From Macrostomum hystrix (Eukaryota; Animalia; Platyhelminthes): 64,000 bases of DNA. The notes below the pieces were generated by a model that was given only the letters and a program-made list of their open reading frames with translations, ran no database searches and had not been told where the DNA came from. The position numbers and the translations under genes were made by a program. The stretch spans positions 992,001 to 1,056,000 of the forward strand of contig CATNEN010000011.1 in the NCBI GenBank assembly GCA_950097015.1, in the 5' to 3' direction. Below are positions 1 to 11,326 of this stretch, in pieces (position 1 is the stretch's first letter; each line of letters opens with the position of its first letter).

Positions 1-809
1 TTCAGACAGGTATAAGGTATATAATTTTTGGTTAAGAGGGGCTTTTTAATTCAACAGTTTCGCTTGTTTTTGAATGCACGTGATTTTAATATCAATTCAC
101 AAATGTCTGTTGTGCACTTTTTGAAGTTATTGAATTTGCTAAGGTATTTCCATTTTTACCATGTGATTCGCTTATCTAAGCAAGGAAATATATGGGTAAT
201 TGTCGTTGACAAAAGTGGTGTTATGGTAAATGCTAAGGATTGATGTAACAAAAGTGCACAACATTTTAAGTTCCCCCCATGGCAACTGCGCGAATATGCA
301 AAATAAGGAGGGCAGGAGACAGCTATTGACGGGTTGGAGCACATGTCGCTGGTGCGTCATTTCAGGCAGACGCACCTTAACAGGCGTTTTTCCATGGCGT
401 CGATTGTACGGCGTCGCATGCAGGACAAGTCAGGGAGAGAGCGCGAGCGCCGTTATCCGAAGATCTAGACAATCCAGTAAGCAATGACCGTAGCTGACAT
501 TATTAGCCTGCTGTTCGAGAGTGATGATGGACAAGCGATGCCAGGCTATGTGGACTGCACAGATTTTTCTAGTTATGTCTGCAATATAACGAGCTAGGAG
601 AATGCGGGGTATATATTAATATTCGAAAGATTGCATACCAACTGCGCATGCATGAATAAGTGCAAACACTGCGAAACGACTGGAAATGATAAAAGTGTTG
701 AAATTGTACTAATCAGTTTTCAAAACTTCAAGATGAAATTTTTAATAACGACTATTGCAGGCCTTGACATTATGCGATAGGGAAAATATCTAAACAGCTC
801 TGTTGTCGA

Positions 810-2045
810 ACTAGAATAGTAACTAGAATCGTAGCTGGAATCGTAGCTGGAATCGTAGCTGGAATCGATCTAGAATCGTAGCTGGAATCGTAGCTGGAAT
901 CGTAGCTGGAATCGTAGCTGGAATCGTATCTGGAATCGTAGCTGGAATCGTAGCTAGAATCATAGCTAGAATCGTAGTTAGAATCATAGCTAGAATCGTA
1001 GCTGGAATCGTAGCTAGAATCGAACTAAAATCATGGCTAGAATCATAGCTACAATCGTAGCTAGAATCGAACTAGAATCGTAGCTAGAATCGAACTAGAA
1101 TCGTAGCTAGAATCGTAGCTAGAATCGAACTAGAATCGTAGCTAGAATCGTAGCTAGAATCGAACTAGAATCGTAGCTAGAATCGTAGCTAGAATCGAAC
1201 TAGAATCGTAGCTAGAATCGTAGCTAGAATCGAACTAGAATCGTAGCTGGAATCGTAGCTAGAATCGAACTAGAATCGTAGCTAGAATCGAACTAGAATC
1301 GTAGCTAGAATCGAACTAGAATCGTAGCTAGAATCATAGCTAGAATCGAACTAGAATCGTAGCTAGAATCGTAGCTAGAATCGAACTAGAATCGTAGCTA
1401 GAATCGTAGCTAGAATCGAACTAGAATCGTAGCTAGAATCGAACTAGAATCGTAGCTAGAATCGAACCAGAATCATAGCTAGAATCGTAGCTAGAATCGA
1501 ACTAGAATCGTAGCTAGAATCGTAGCTAGAATCGAACTAGAATCGTAGCTAGAATCGTAGCTAGAATCGAACTAGAATCGTAGCTAGAATCGTAGCTAGA
1601 ATCGAACTAGAATCGTAGCTAGAATCGAACTAGAATCGTAGCTAGAATCGTAGCTAGAATCGAACTAGAACCGTGGCTAGAATCGTAGCTGGAATCATCG
1701 CTGGAATCGTAGCTAGAATCGAACTAGAATCATGGCTAGGATCGCAGCTAGAATCGCAGTTAGAATTCAAAGCTAGAATCGCAGCTAATCTAGAATCGAA
1801 CTAGAATCGTAGCTGGAATCGTAGCTAGAATCATAGATAGAATCGTAGCTAGAATCGTAGCTAGAATCGAACTAGAATCGTAGCTTAAATCGTAGCTGGA
1901 ATCGTAGCTGGAATCGTAGCTAGAATCGTTGCTAGAATCATGGCTAGAATCATGGCTAGAATCATGGCTAGAATCATGGCTAGAATCATGGCTAGAATCG
2001 TGGCTAGAATCGTAGCTAGAATGTTAGCTAGAATCGTAGCTATAC
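810..2045. repeat. Minisatellite of 12-bp GAATCGTAGCTA and 11-bp GAATCGAACTA units
   Basis: Directly visible tandem array; the two unit types alternate in 23- and 35-bp higher-order blocks. Confidence 0.95.
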
Positions 2046-3289
2046 ACCTGCTTCTGAACATTCGCAATAACTTGTAGATACATTGATTTTCCTTCTAGCC
2101 TACCGTAGTTTCATGAATTTTTAAGTATTTTAAGTACAACACTTACTTGTCTAATCCTCCACAGCTGCCAAGTTGCTGAATGAATGAATGATTTACAGTG
2201 TTTTTAAAGTGTCGTATTACTGTATAACCATGCAACCCATTAATTAGTTCTCAGTTTACATGGACACACTTATAATTTCACACCAGATGACCAGATGAGA
2301 TAACAATTAAGTTATGGTTGCATATATTATGTACGGTATAATTACCGGATGTCCTATTTAATTACAGGATCTCCACTTTAATTACAGGATGTCCACTTTA
2401 GTTACAGGTTTAACGATGGGATGTCCGATTTAATGACAGGACGACCACTTCAATGACACGATGTTCATTTCAATGAAAGAATGGATAATCCACTTTAATG
2501 ACACTATGACATCTTCAATGACAGGGATGTTCAATGAAAAGACAACCAATTCAATGACAGGATGTCCAAATTGTAGTGACAAGATTTTCGCTTTAATGAC
2601 ATCACTGTATAGCATTAATGTATTTTAGCCGCAAAAAAAGTTGCGTAATTAAAACTTTTGAAAAAGAGGATCTACTAAATAAGTGCACGGGTCAGTTTTT
2701 TATAGTCAAAGCGCTCAGAAGCATACTTATTGAAGTACAAATCAGTCTGCTACAATTGATAAAACGTCTCAAACGTTACTTAACCACAACCTATATACAT
2801 CCTGTGTGCGACGTCGTCCAGAAGCGATCACTCACGCGTGTGGGCATAAAATTTTTTGTTATAGAATTTCTTAGGAGCTAGTGATTTTTCTTTAATCCTG
2901 TCATTTATAAAGAGCATCGATTATTTAATACCTCGATCATTGCAACAACAGATTCACATCAAGCCACATGCAAGCCATAGACCAAGCTAAATATACGAGT
3001 ATGTTTAATTATTGAAGGAGTTTAACTCAGCCTGGATTAATGTACCTAGTAATACAAGACACAGAACACAAATTACTCGTCTTTTTAATAGAAATTCTGC
3101 AAGCAAGTCGCCCCAAATCTCGCTGCTTTAAGCCACGATTGTAAAAAAAAACAAGAAAAAGCGAAGGGATTATAGCTAGCTAATTAAATTTTCCCAAATC
3201 ACTTCTGACACGCAATCTTGGGTTGCGGGTGACTTAAAAGACTTTATGAAAAACCTACAGGTCGAATTATAATGATAATACATTTTCAT

Positions 3290-3500
3290 ATCGAGCGTGA
3301 AAGTCGTATTCAGGACTTGAAAAGGTCGGATGTTCGATTCCTGACTCCACTGGCACTATAACGATTGGCGTCCTTTAGCAAGACCTTATCATATCATATT
3401 GCTTAATTCATTTCGACCAGCACAAGCCGTAAGGGGTAATTTGAGGTGGGTGGGGCGTCCCGATTCCCACTTTATGGACTCAACACCAGTTTTTGCAGCA
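3290..3500 (+). mobile_element. Degenerate copy of tRNA-derived SINE family A
   Basis: CAGGACTTGAAAAGGTCGGATGTTCGATTCC (B-box-like) followed by GTCCTTTAGCAAGAC, matching the copies at 27890-28203 and 55455-55640. Confidence 0.6.
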
Positions 3501-5877
3501 TTAGAAGCTAAGAGCAAAATTAGCTACTGCTATATTGTACGAAGCTGCACAGGGACAACTAAAACAACCAAATCGCTATAGTTGTTTTTAGTTGTCCTTG
3601 GCCAATGGGCTACAGTTGCATCCAGCAAATGGACCCAATTCTGTAATCAATTTTTTATTACAGAACACATAATTGATACATTTGAAATGCAACGATTTTC
3701 GAATTAAGTTATAAGCAAAATTTTGTCAACACAGTGTGAGCCAACAAAAGTACTTTTAGTCACTAATGTTGCAGCTGTAAGGGGAAGTCAGACGTGTTAA
3801 CTTTACTTAAGAACTACAAATTACATTTGCTGATCATGAAGAGTTTAAACTGAAAAAAACTTTCGAATTTTTGTATTAAAAACTTTTTTTACTCTTAGAA
3901 TTCACAGATGCGGTTTTTGTTAAGATGCAAACTAGCGATGCAATTCAAATGCAACTTTTAAATCACGTTTTTTGTTTTTTAGTTGGACACGACTGACTGA
4001 GCAGGTTTCTTATTTTTAAGTTGTAGCTAGCAGTTTCTAGCCCAATGGTTTGTCTTGATAACAGCGGATTAAACATACGTGTGATCATGATAAATAAAAA
4101 CTACTTATTGAGTCCTATTATGTGTTTTTGCGACTATACCTTCATTAATTGCTCTTTTTAAATGTGTAACGTTTTTTAATTTTAGTGTCAGTTGATGAGC
4201 TTATTAGCTAACTATAATTTAAATAGGTGCCTGCCCGGCTTTTTGGTAACAGGGACAGTGTTGGCTCAAGCACTGTTTAAGAATTCAATTTCATAGGCAT
4301 GAAATAGCTGGAACTTAAAGATCTCGATTGCCCAAAATAATTTATTAATTGGAATTATCATGACAGTAAAATTGCTATAATTGTTAAAATAAGTTATAAA
4401 TCTAATTGAAATATTTATCATTAGGCCTAGCTGAATTTATTGTCAAACAATAGATAACATCTAAGGATTGTAAAAAGTAGGCCTAGCTTGCTATCTTTTA
4501 CACTAAATCGATTTTTTACTCATTAACACAAGCACAGTTTGATTTAATATCTAAATTTATAAAAAACATGTCAGTTTTGAATGGAATTTTAATATATTTT
4601 AATATTTATTTATAAGTTACGATTCTTGTGAATATTTTCTTTACTATATTAATATAATTACAATACACATGTGAATCAGCTAGGTTAGCTAGTTTTAAGG
4701 TTATGGCTTATGCCTTAGCCCCAGATATAGAACAGAATCACCTTATGATTCTCTGTCTAGCTTTGGTGTTAGGCCTCCTATGTAATAAAGAAACATTCAA
4801 GTCAGGCAACTACAAGCTATAAAAATGTGACATGGCAACATAGCAAAAACTATTAGTATTTTGATAGTTACTGTTCTTATTTTATAAAAATGTAACTAAT
4901 TAAGGCCTAAGTAACCATTGTCATAAATAGATTGAGAGTAATATGTAATTAACTTATCACCATACATTCACATTTTTACAATTCAACATGTGGCCTATGG
5001 GTCTTCTCCAGTTTTGCATAGAAAAAAGCAGCAACTTTCCTTTCCAACTACTGAATAAAAAGTAGCAAAACTATTTTAGGACATATGTATAAGTGGAAGT
5101 GACCTATCAAGTTATTATTTATCTGTGGTCAATTCTAGGCCCTTACAAACAATTTATAGTTTGTTGCTTTGGTAATGGAAATTTATTATAAAGCCATAAT
5201 TGATAGCTTTATACACAAAACACAAATTATATTGGCAGGATTACTCCAACCATTTATTAGCTATTGATTGTTGCAGGTTAAGGTTACGAAATATAGTAGT
5301 GATGTTCTGAAAATTTTGATTTTTATTTTCTGAGTTTTGCTATTTATGTCTAGTTTCAAATTCAAACAAATTTTGGAACTGTGGTTTTCAAAGCCTGCTG
5401 GTTCCAAAATTAGGTTTTTAGCAATGTTAAGTCACAAAGTGAATTTTAGTAGAATGGATGTCTGTATAGGCCCCCTACAAACTTGTCTTTGAAATTATGC
5501 AATTATTGCACAAGACCCCAAAGTTGCCTGATTTACTGTACAATGGCTGGAAACCCTCTCTCACTGTTATTTGTCACCATGTGTGCTCTGTTATGTCTGG
5601 GAGAGAAAACTGGACATCACCCCTTCCTTACCTACAACTGAGCATGTAGAGCTAAAGCAGAATGCAGATGTACACCCCTGTTTGAATATGTCTGTCTCTG
5701 GCGGGTCTACTACTCTATCGTCACTAAATGATGTACCAAGTGCAGATGGACCATCTACAATTATTTTAGTATTGTTAACTTGTTATATTTGCATTAGACA
5801 TTAAAAGGGTCCTTTTCTAAATGGCAATTTTCTTATCATCATTCTTATCAACATGATTTTGCAGCCATAAATTGCAA

Positions 5878-8800
5878 ATGCGCTCAGCTGTGCCATTGTG
5901 GCTAACACTATGCCGGCGTTCAATACACGCTTCATCTGCACTATTTAAACGCGACTATTACAATGTGCTTGGCATAACGCGTCAGGCCGATCAGAAGGAG
6001 ATTAAGCGAGCCTACTATCAGTTAGCTAAGAAGTATCACCCGGATGTGAATAAGAATGATCCGGGGGCGGCTAAAAAGTTTCAAGAGGTGTCGGAAGCCT
6101 ACGAGGTTCTGTCCGACGAGGCCAAGCGTAGGCAATATGACACCTATGGTATGAGTGGCGCCCAGGCAGCTTCTAGTGCTGGTCGCAGTTCTGCTAGCGG
6201 CTTCCAGGTATTCCTTACTACTGATAATCCTTTCAACCCCCGGGGCTCAGTCAGAATCTACTGTCACCAAATGGTCAGCCTGTGGTTAGACCTTAGACAG
6301 GGATCGGCAATCTTATTAGCGGGCCAAAGAGAGAACCTGACAGTGGGCCGCATTGACTGTAGAAATATGAGAAAAATGAGAGATGAGACACGGGAAAGAT
6401 GAGATACGGGAGTGATGAGACACGGGAGTTATGAGACACGGGAGAGGAGACACAGGAGAGATAAGGCAGCAGTGAGTTGAGACATGGGTGAGATGAGACA
6501 CGGGAGTGATGAGACACGGGAAAGATAAGACACGGGAGTGATGAGACACGGGGGAGGAGACACAGGAGAGATAAGGTAGCAGTGAGATGAGACACAGAGA
6601 GATGAGATATAGGAGAAACAAGACTCGGTAGAGATAAGAGACATGAGTGATGAGACAGGGAAAGATGACACAGGATACTAGGTGTCGGAAGGGGGCAACG
6701 GGCCGGATTTAGGAGCTTCTAGGGCCGTATCTTTCCCGCGGGCCGGAGTTTGCCGACCCCTGGACTAAGAGATTTGGAGAGAATCTGAAAGTTCGAGAGT
6801 TCGAATCTTAACCTAAGGAAGTTTTTATGTGTCCTCAAACTAGACACTTTTAACACAGTTCTAGTTTTAAGTTTTCTCCAGTTCACCCGACTTAAAATAG
6901 GTAACTAACATCTGTGGTGAAAGCTTTAGTGGCTGTGTCGGTCCCTCCAATGTCCATGGACTGAACAGTTGTACACATACGCAGTACTCAAAGATATTCG
7001 TTACCCGCAAATAAACACTAGGGCTTTGAAAGCTATCACGGCTCGATCGATCCCGAGGAGCTGTTTCGTCGGATGTTTCGCGACGCCGGCTTCGATTTTC
7101 GCGGCTTCGCCGATTCGACGGCTCAGGGCTTCGCCGAGAGTCTGTTCGGCTTCGGCCCGGCTAAGGAGATATCTCTGCGGCTCACCTTTGAAGAGGCCGC
7201 CTGCGGCGCCGTCAAGACGGCTCAGGTGAACGCCGTTGGCAACTGCAGAAAGTGCGGAGGCTCCGGGGCTGAGTTCGGCTCGCGAGTGGTCAATTGTCCG
7301 CAGTGCAATGGCACAGGTAGGACACTGTCTTTGTTGTGTCCTTAATTCTTTTATGTTTTCATATTCCTTCTTTTGTTTATCTTCTACCCAGTGTCTGCAG
7401 TCCTTCAGTGCGTTTTACCAAATGTCCCACAGTACTCAAATCCTAAGCAATGTCCACAGTGCTCAAATCCTACTCAATGATCCAGAGTCTCAAATCCTAC
7501 CCATTGTCTCACAGTTCTCAAATCCTATTCAATGTCCACAGTACTCAAATCCTAAACAATGTCCACAGTGCTCAAATCCTAAACAATGTCCACAGTACTC
7601 AAATCCTACTCAATGTCCACAGTGCTCAAATCCTACTCAATGTCCACAGTGCTCAAATCCTACTCAATGACCCAGAGCCTCAAATCCTACCCATTGTCTC
7701 ACAGTTCTCAAATCCTAAACAATGTCCACAGTACTCAAATCCTACTCAATGACCCAGAGTCTCAGATCCTACCCATTGTCCCCCAGTACTCAAATCCTAC
7801 TCAATGTATATAGTGCTCAAATCCTACTCAATGTCCACAGTGCTCAAATGCTATCCAACTATCATCCCCTAACCACCGCAGGCTATGAGATGGTCACCAC
7901 GGGCGCATTTTTTATGCGCTCCACCTGTCGCCGCTGCGGCGGTGCCAAGCGGTCAGCCTCTGTGCCGTGCAGTGAGTGCGCAGGTCGGGGCCGCACAGTT
8001 CAAAGGCGCAACATTCAAATAGCCGTGCCAGCTGGCGTGGAATCCGGCCAGACGCTGCGTGTGCCGCTGAATGCTAGCGGCGGCGGCGGTGGTTCTGTGG
8101 ACGAGATTTGGGCGCGCATTGAGGTTGAGCCGAGTGAAAAGTTTCGGCGCGAAGGAGCCGATGTGCATTCCGAGGTTGAGGTGCGTCAGTTCGAGCTTTG
8201 GTATTGACTAGTCTACATTTTAATCTCAAGATTTAGTGTTGTGAACTCGTGAGTTCTATCCCTTTGGTTTAAATATTATCCCCTCAGTTAAATATTATCC
8301 TCTCAGTTTAAATATTATCCCCTCAATTCAAGTATTATCCCCTCAGTTTTAATATTATCCCCTAAGTTTAAATATTATCCCCTCAGTTAAATATTATCCT
8401 CTCAGTTTAAATATTATCCCCTCAGTTAAATATTATCCTCTCAGTTTAAATATTATCCCCTCAATTCAAGTATTATCCAGTTTTAATATTATCCCCTCAA
8501 TTCAAGTATTATCCCCTCAGTTTTAATATTATCCCCTAAGTTTAAATATTATCCCCTCAGTTAAATATTATCCTCTCAGTTTAAATATTATCCCCTCAAT
8601 TCAAGTATTATCCCCTCAGTTTTAATATTATCCCCTCAATTTAAGTATTATCCCCTCAGTTTTAATATTATCCCCTAAGTTTAAATATTATCCCCTCAAT
8701 TCAAGTATTGTCCCCTCAGTTTTAATATTATCCCCTCAATTTAAGTATTATCCCCTTAGTTCGTATATTAGTTCGGATTTTGAACGTCAGTTCGATTATT

Positions 8801-10271
8801 GACCCTCCGTTTTTGGATGGTTTTCCCTAGTTTTAGGTTCGGGTTTACGCCCTTCTGCAATCTGAAAAGGAAACCAAAAAGAAGATAAGCTTATGCAGCA
8901 ACTTCCTTATCCTTACCTAATCTCAGGTGAGCATCAGCCAAGCAGTGCTAGGCGGCACAGTCAGCGCGCAGGGCCTGCGACAGCAGCTCAGTGTCAGCTT
9001 GCCACCGGGCACCAATTCGCACGATGTCATTCGGCTGTCCGGCCAGGGAATTCCTAAATTCGGTGGCTACGGCAATGGAGATCATTTCCTGCATGTTAGA
9101 ATCAAATCTCCGCGCCGACTCACAGCTGAGCAGCGACAGTTGCTGCTGAAATTTGCTCAGCTTGAAGGACCGACTGAGCAGCGCGGCGGCTCTGTGGACG
9201 GTGTGCAGCGATCTGCTGCTGCAGGTCGGTTGGAGGCTTCAGTTCGTTTGTTTTTCCATCTCTCCCGTTCCCTCCATCCTCTCTCCCGTTCCCTCCGTCC
9301 TCTCTCCCGTTCCCTCCATCCTCTTTCCCGTTCCCTCCATCCTCTCTCCCGTTCAGTCCGTCCTCTCTCCCGTTCAGTCCGTCCTCTCTCCCGTTCCCTC
9401 CATCCTCTTTCCCGTTCCCTCCGTCCTCTCTCCCGTTCCCTCCGTCCTCTCTCCCGTTCCCTCCGTCCTCTCTCCCCGTTCCCTCCGTCCTCTCTCCCGT
9501 TCCCTCCATCCTCTCTCCCGTTCCCTCCATCCTCTCTCCCCGTTCCCTCCATCCTCTCTCCCCCGTTCCCTCCGTCCTCTCTCCCGTTCCCTCCGTCCTC
9601 TCTCCCCGTTCCCTCCGTCCTCTCTCCCGTTCCCTCCATCCTCTCTCCCGTTCCCTCCATCCTCTCTCCCGTTCCCTCCGTCCTCTCTCCCCGTTCCCTC
9701 CATCCTCTCTCCCCGTTCCCTCCGTCCTCTCTCCCGTTCCCTCCATCCTCTCTCCCGTTCCCTCCATCCTCTCTCCCGTTCCCTCCGTCCTCTCTCCCGT
9801 TCCCTCCGTCCTCTCTCCCGTTCCCTCCGTCCTCTCTCCCGTTCCCTCCATCCTCTCTCCCGTTCCCTCGATCCTCTCTCCTTTTCCATCAATCCTCTCT
9901 CCTGTTCCATCAATCCTCTCTCCTGTTCCCTCGATCCTCTCTCCTGTTCCCTCGATCCTCTCTCCCGTTCCCTCCAGTCTCTCTCCCGTTTCCTCTATCC
10001 TCTCTCCCGTTTCCCCATTCCCTTTCCCGTTCCCTCCACCATCTCTCCCGTTCCCTCCACCCTCTCTCCCGTTCCCTCCATCCCGTGTCTTTAACTCCAT
10101 CCTCTCTCATTCTTTACATCCTGTCTCCCATTCCCTATGCAAGCGATAAAGTATTTTGGCATTGCAGATTTACTCGGCACTCTAATACGTGTGCTACAAG
10201 ATCCCAATCTGAGCTCGCTGGACAAAATCAAAGAGATTGGCTGGCACCTGAAGAAGGCATTATTTGGTTGA
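5878..10271 (+). CDS. DNAJA3: Mitochondrial type-A DnaJ co-chaperone (DNAJA3/Tid1/Tid56-like), 5 exons
   Basis: Predicted exons 5878-6207, 7022-7316, 7882-8180, 8927-9224, 10168-10271, all GT-AG with compatible phases. N-terminal Arg/Ser-rich presequence, J domain with HPD ([11 protein letters not shown]), [10 protein letters not shown], four CxxC zinc-finger repeats ([32 protein letters not shown]), C-terminal domain ([25 protein letters not shown]). Last exon (…LKKALFG*) is less certain. Confidence 0.92.
6298..6762. mobile_element. hAT (Charlie-like) non-autonomous element with internal GAGATGAGACACGGGA minisatellite, in DNAJA3 intron 1
   Basis: 13-bp TIRs CAGGGATCGGCAA / TTGCCGACCCCTG (12 of 13 match) and subterminal GCGGGCC motifs. 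Flanks ACCTTAGA / GACTAAGA match only partly, so no clean TSD. Confidence 0.6.
6765..6968 (+). mobile_element. Degenerate SINE family A copy
   Basis: GAGTTCGAATC B-box, TGTGTCCTC..AGACAC, CCAGTTCACCCG..AAAATAGGTA and GTCCATGGACTGAACAG shared with the 27890-28203 copy. Confidence 0.55.
7420..7860. repeat. 27-bp minisatellite (AATGTCCACAGTGCTCAAATCCTACTC) in DNAJA3 intron 2
   Basis: Visible tandem array with internal longer duplications. Confidence 0.9.
8260..8765. repeat. 20-21-bp minisatellite (AATATTATCCCCTCAGTTTT) in DNAJA3 intron 3
   Basis: Visible tandem array. Confidence 0.92.
9250..10095. repeat. 21/22-bp polypyrimidine minisatellite (CCCTCCGTCCTCTCTCCCGTT) in DNAJA3 intron 4
   Basis: Visible tandem array; source of several spurious ORFs on both strands. 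Confidence 0.95.
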
Positions 10272-10554
10272 CGTTAGCACAAAAATCTAAAGTCATGTAG
10301 ATTCAACTCATTGAGTTTGCTTAATGTATTCTAAACCTAATATTTCATCTATTTGTTTCGATTTGAAATGCTAGTTTTCAAGCAACGGTACTTTCAGTAG
10401 TCTCATTGATATGTGGCTGCAATCACTCTATCATGCCGCTAATTATTGCTTCTATACTGGAATAAACAAATTTTATGCAGAATCATCAGATTCTTAGACG
10501 TGTGTATTTTGCTAGAATAAGCACGGTTGAGATTTTTTATGTTAGATTTTTTCG

Positions 10555-11310
10555 CTGATCCTCAGATTTTGCCTCCCCACTTCCAGATCCACAGATTTAG
10601 CGATTCCCACTTCCAGATCTTTAGATTTACCGATCCCCACTTCCAGATCCTCAGATTTAGCGATCCACACTTCCAGATTCTCAGATATAGCAATCCCCAC
10701 TTCCAGATCCTCAGATATAGCGATCCCCACTTCCAGATTCCCAGATTTAGCGATCCCCACTTCCAGATCCCCAGATTTAGCGAGCCCCACTTCCAGATCC
10801 CAGATTTAGCGATCCCCACTTCCAGATCCCCAGATTTAGCGATCCCCACTTCCAGATCCCCAGATTTAGCGAGCCCCACTTCCAGATCCCAGATTTAGCG
10901 ATCCCCACTTCCAGATTCCCAGATTTACCGATCCCCACTTCCAGATCCTAAGATTTAGCGATCCCCACTTCCAGATCCTTATATTTAGCGATCGCCACTT
11001 CCAGATCCTCATATTTAGCGATCGCCACTTCCAGATCCTTATATTTAGCGATCGCCACTTCCAGATCCTCATATTTAGCGATCGCCACTTCCAGATCCCC
11101 AGATTTACCGATCCCCACTTCGAGATCCTAAGATTTAGCGATCCCCACTTCCAGATCCTCATATTTAGCGATCGCCACTTCCAGATCCTCATATTTAGCG
11201 ATCCCCACTTCCAGATCCTCATATTTAGCGATCGCCACTTCCAGATCCTCATTTTTTTTCCCGCTTCCAGATCCTTAGGTCAAGCTGTCCCACTTCCAGA
11301 TCCCCAGTTT
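10555..11310. repeat. 29-30-bp minisatellite (CAGATTTAGCGATCCCCACTTCCAGATCCT)
   Basis: About 25 visible units between DNAJA3 and the ZIP coding exons. Confidence 0.95.
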
Positions 11311-11326
11311 TAGTACCCAGGATAAG

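Noticed and set aside
3552-3598. 17-bp inverted repeat with a 12-nt loop as a possible miRNA hairpin
   Set aside because: Stem is too short for a typical pre-miRNA and there is no other support; more likely a MITE remnant.
4420-5480. Cluster of (T)AGGCC(T)(A) palindromes, also near 22660 and 32370-32700
   Set aside because: Short motif; enrichment cannot be assessed by eye and no function can be supported.
9120-10110. Long ORFs of 167-326 aa on both strands (ERERG.., GTGERTE.., SPVPS..)
   Set aside because: Translations of the 21-bp CT minisatellite in a DNAJA3 intron.
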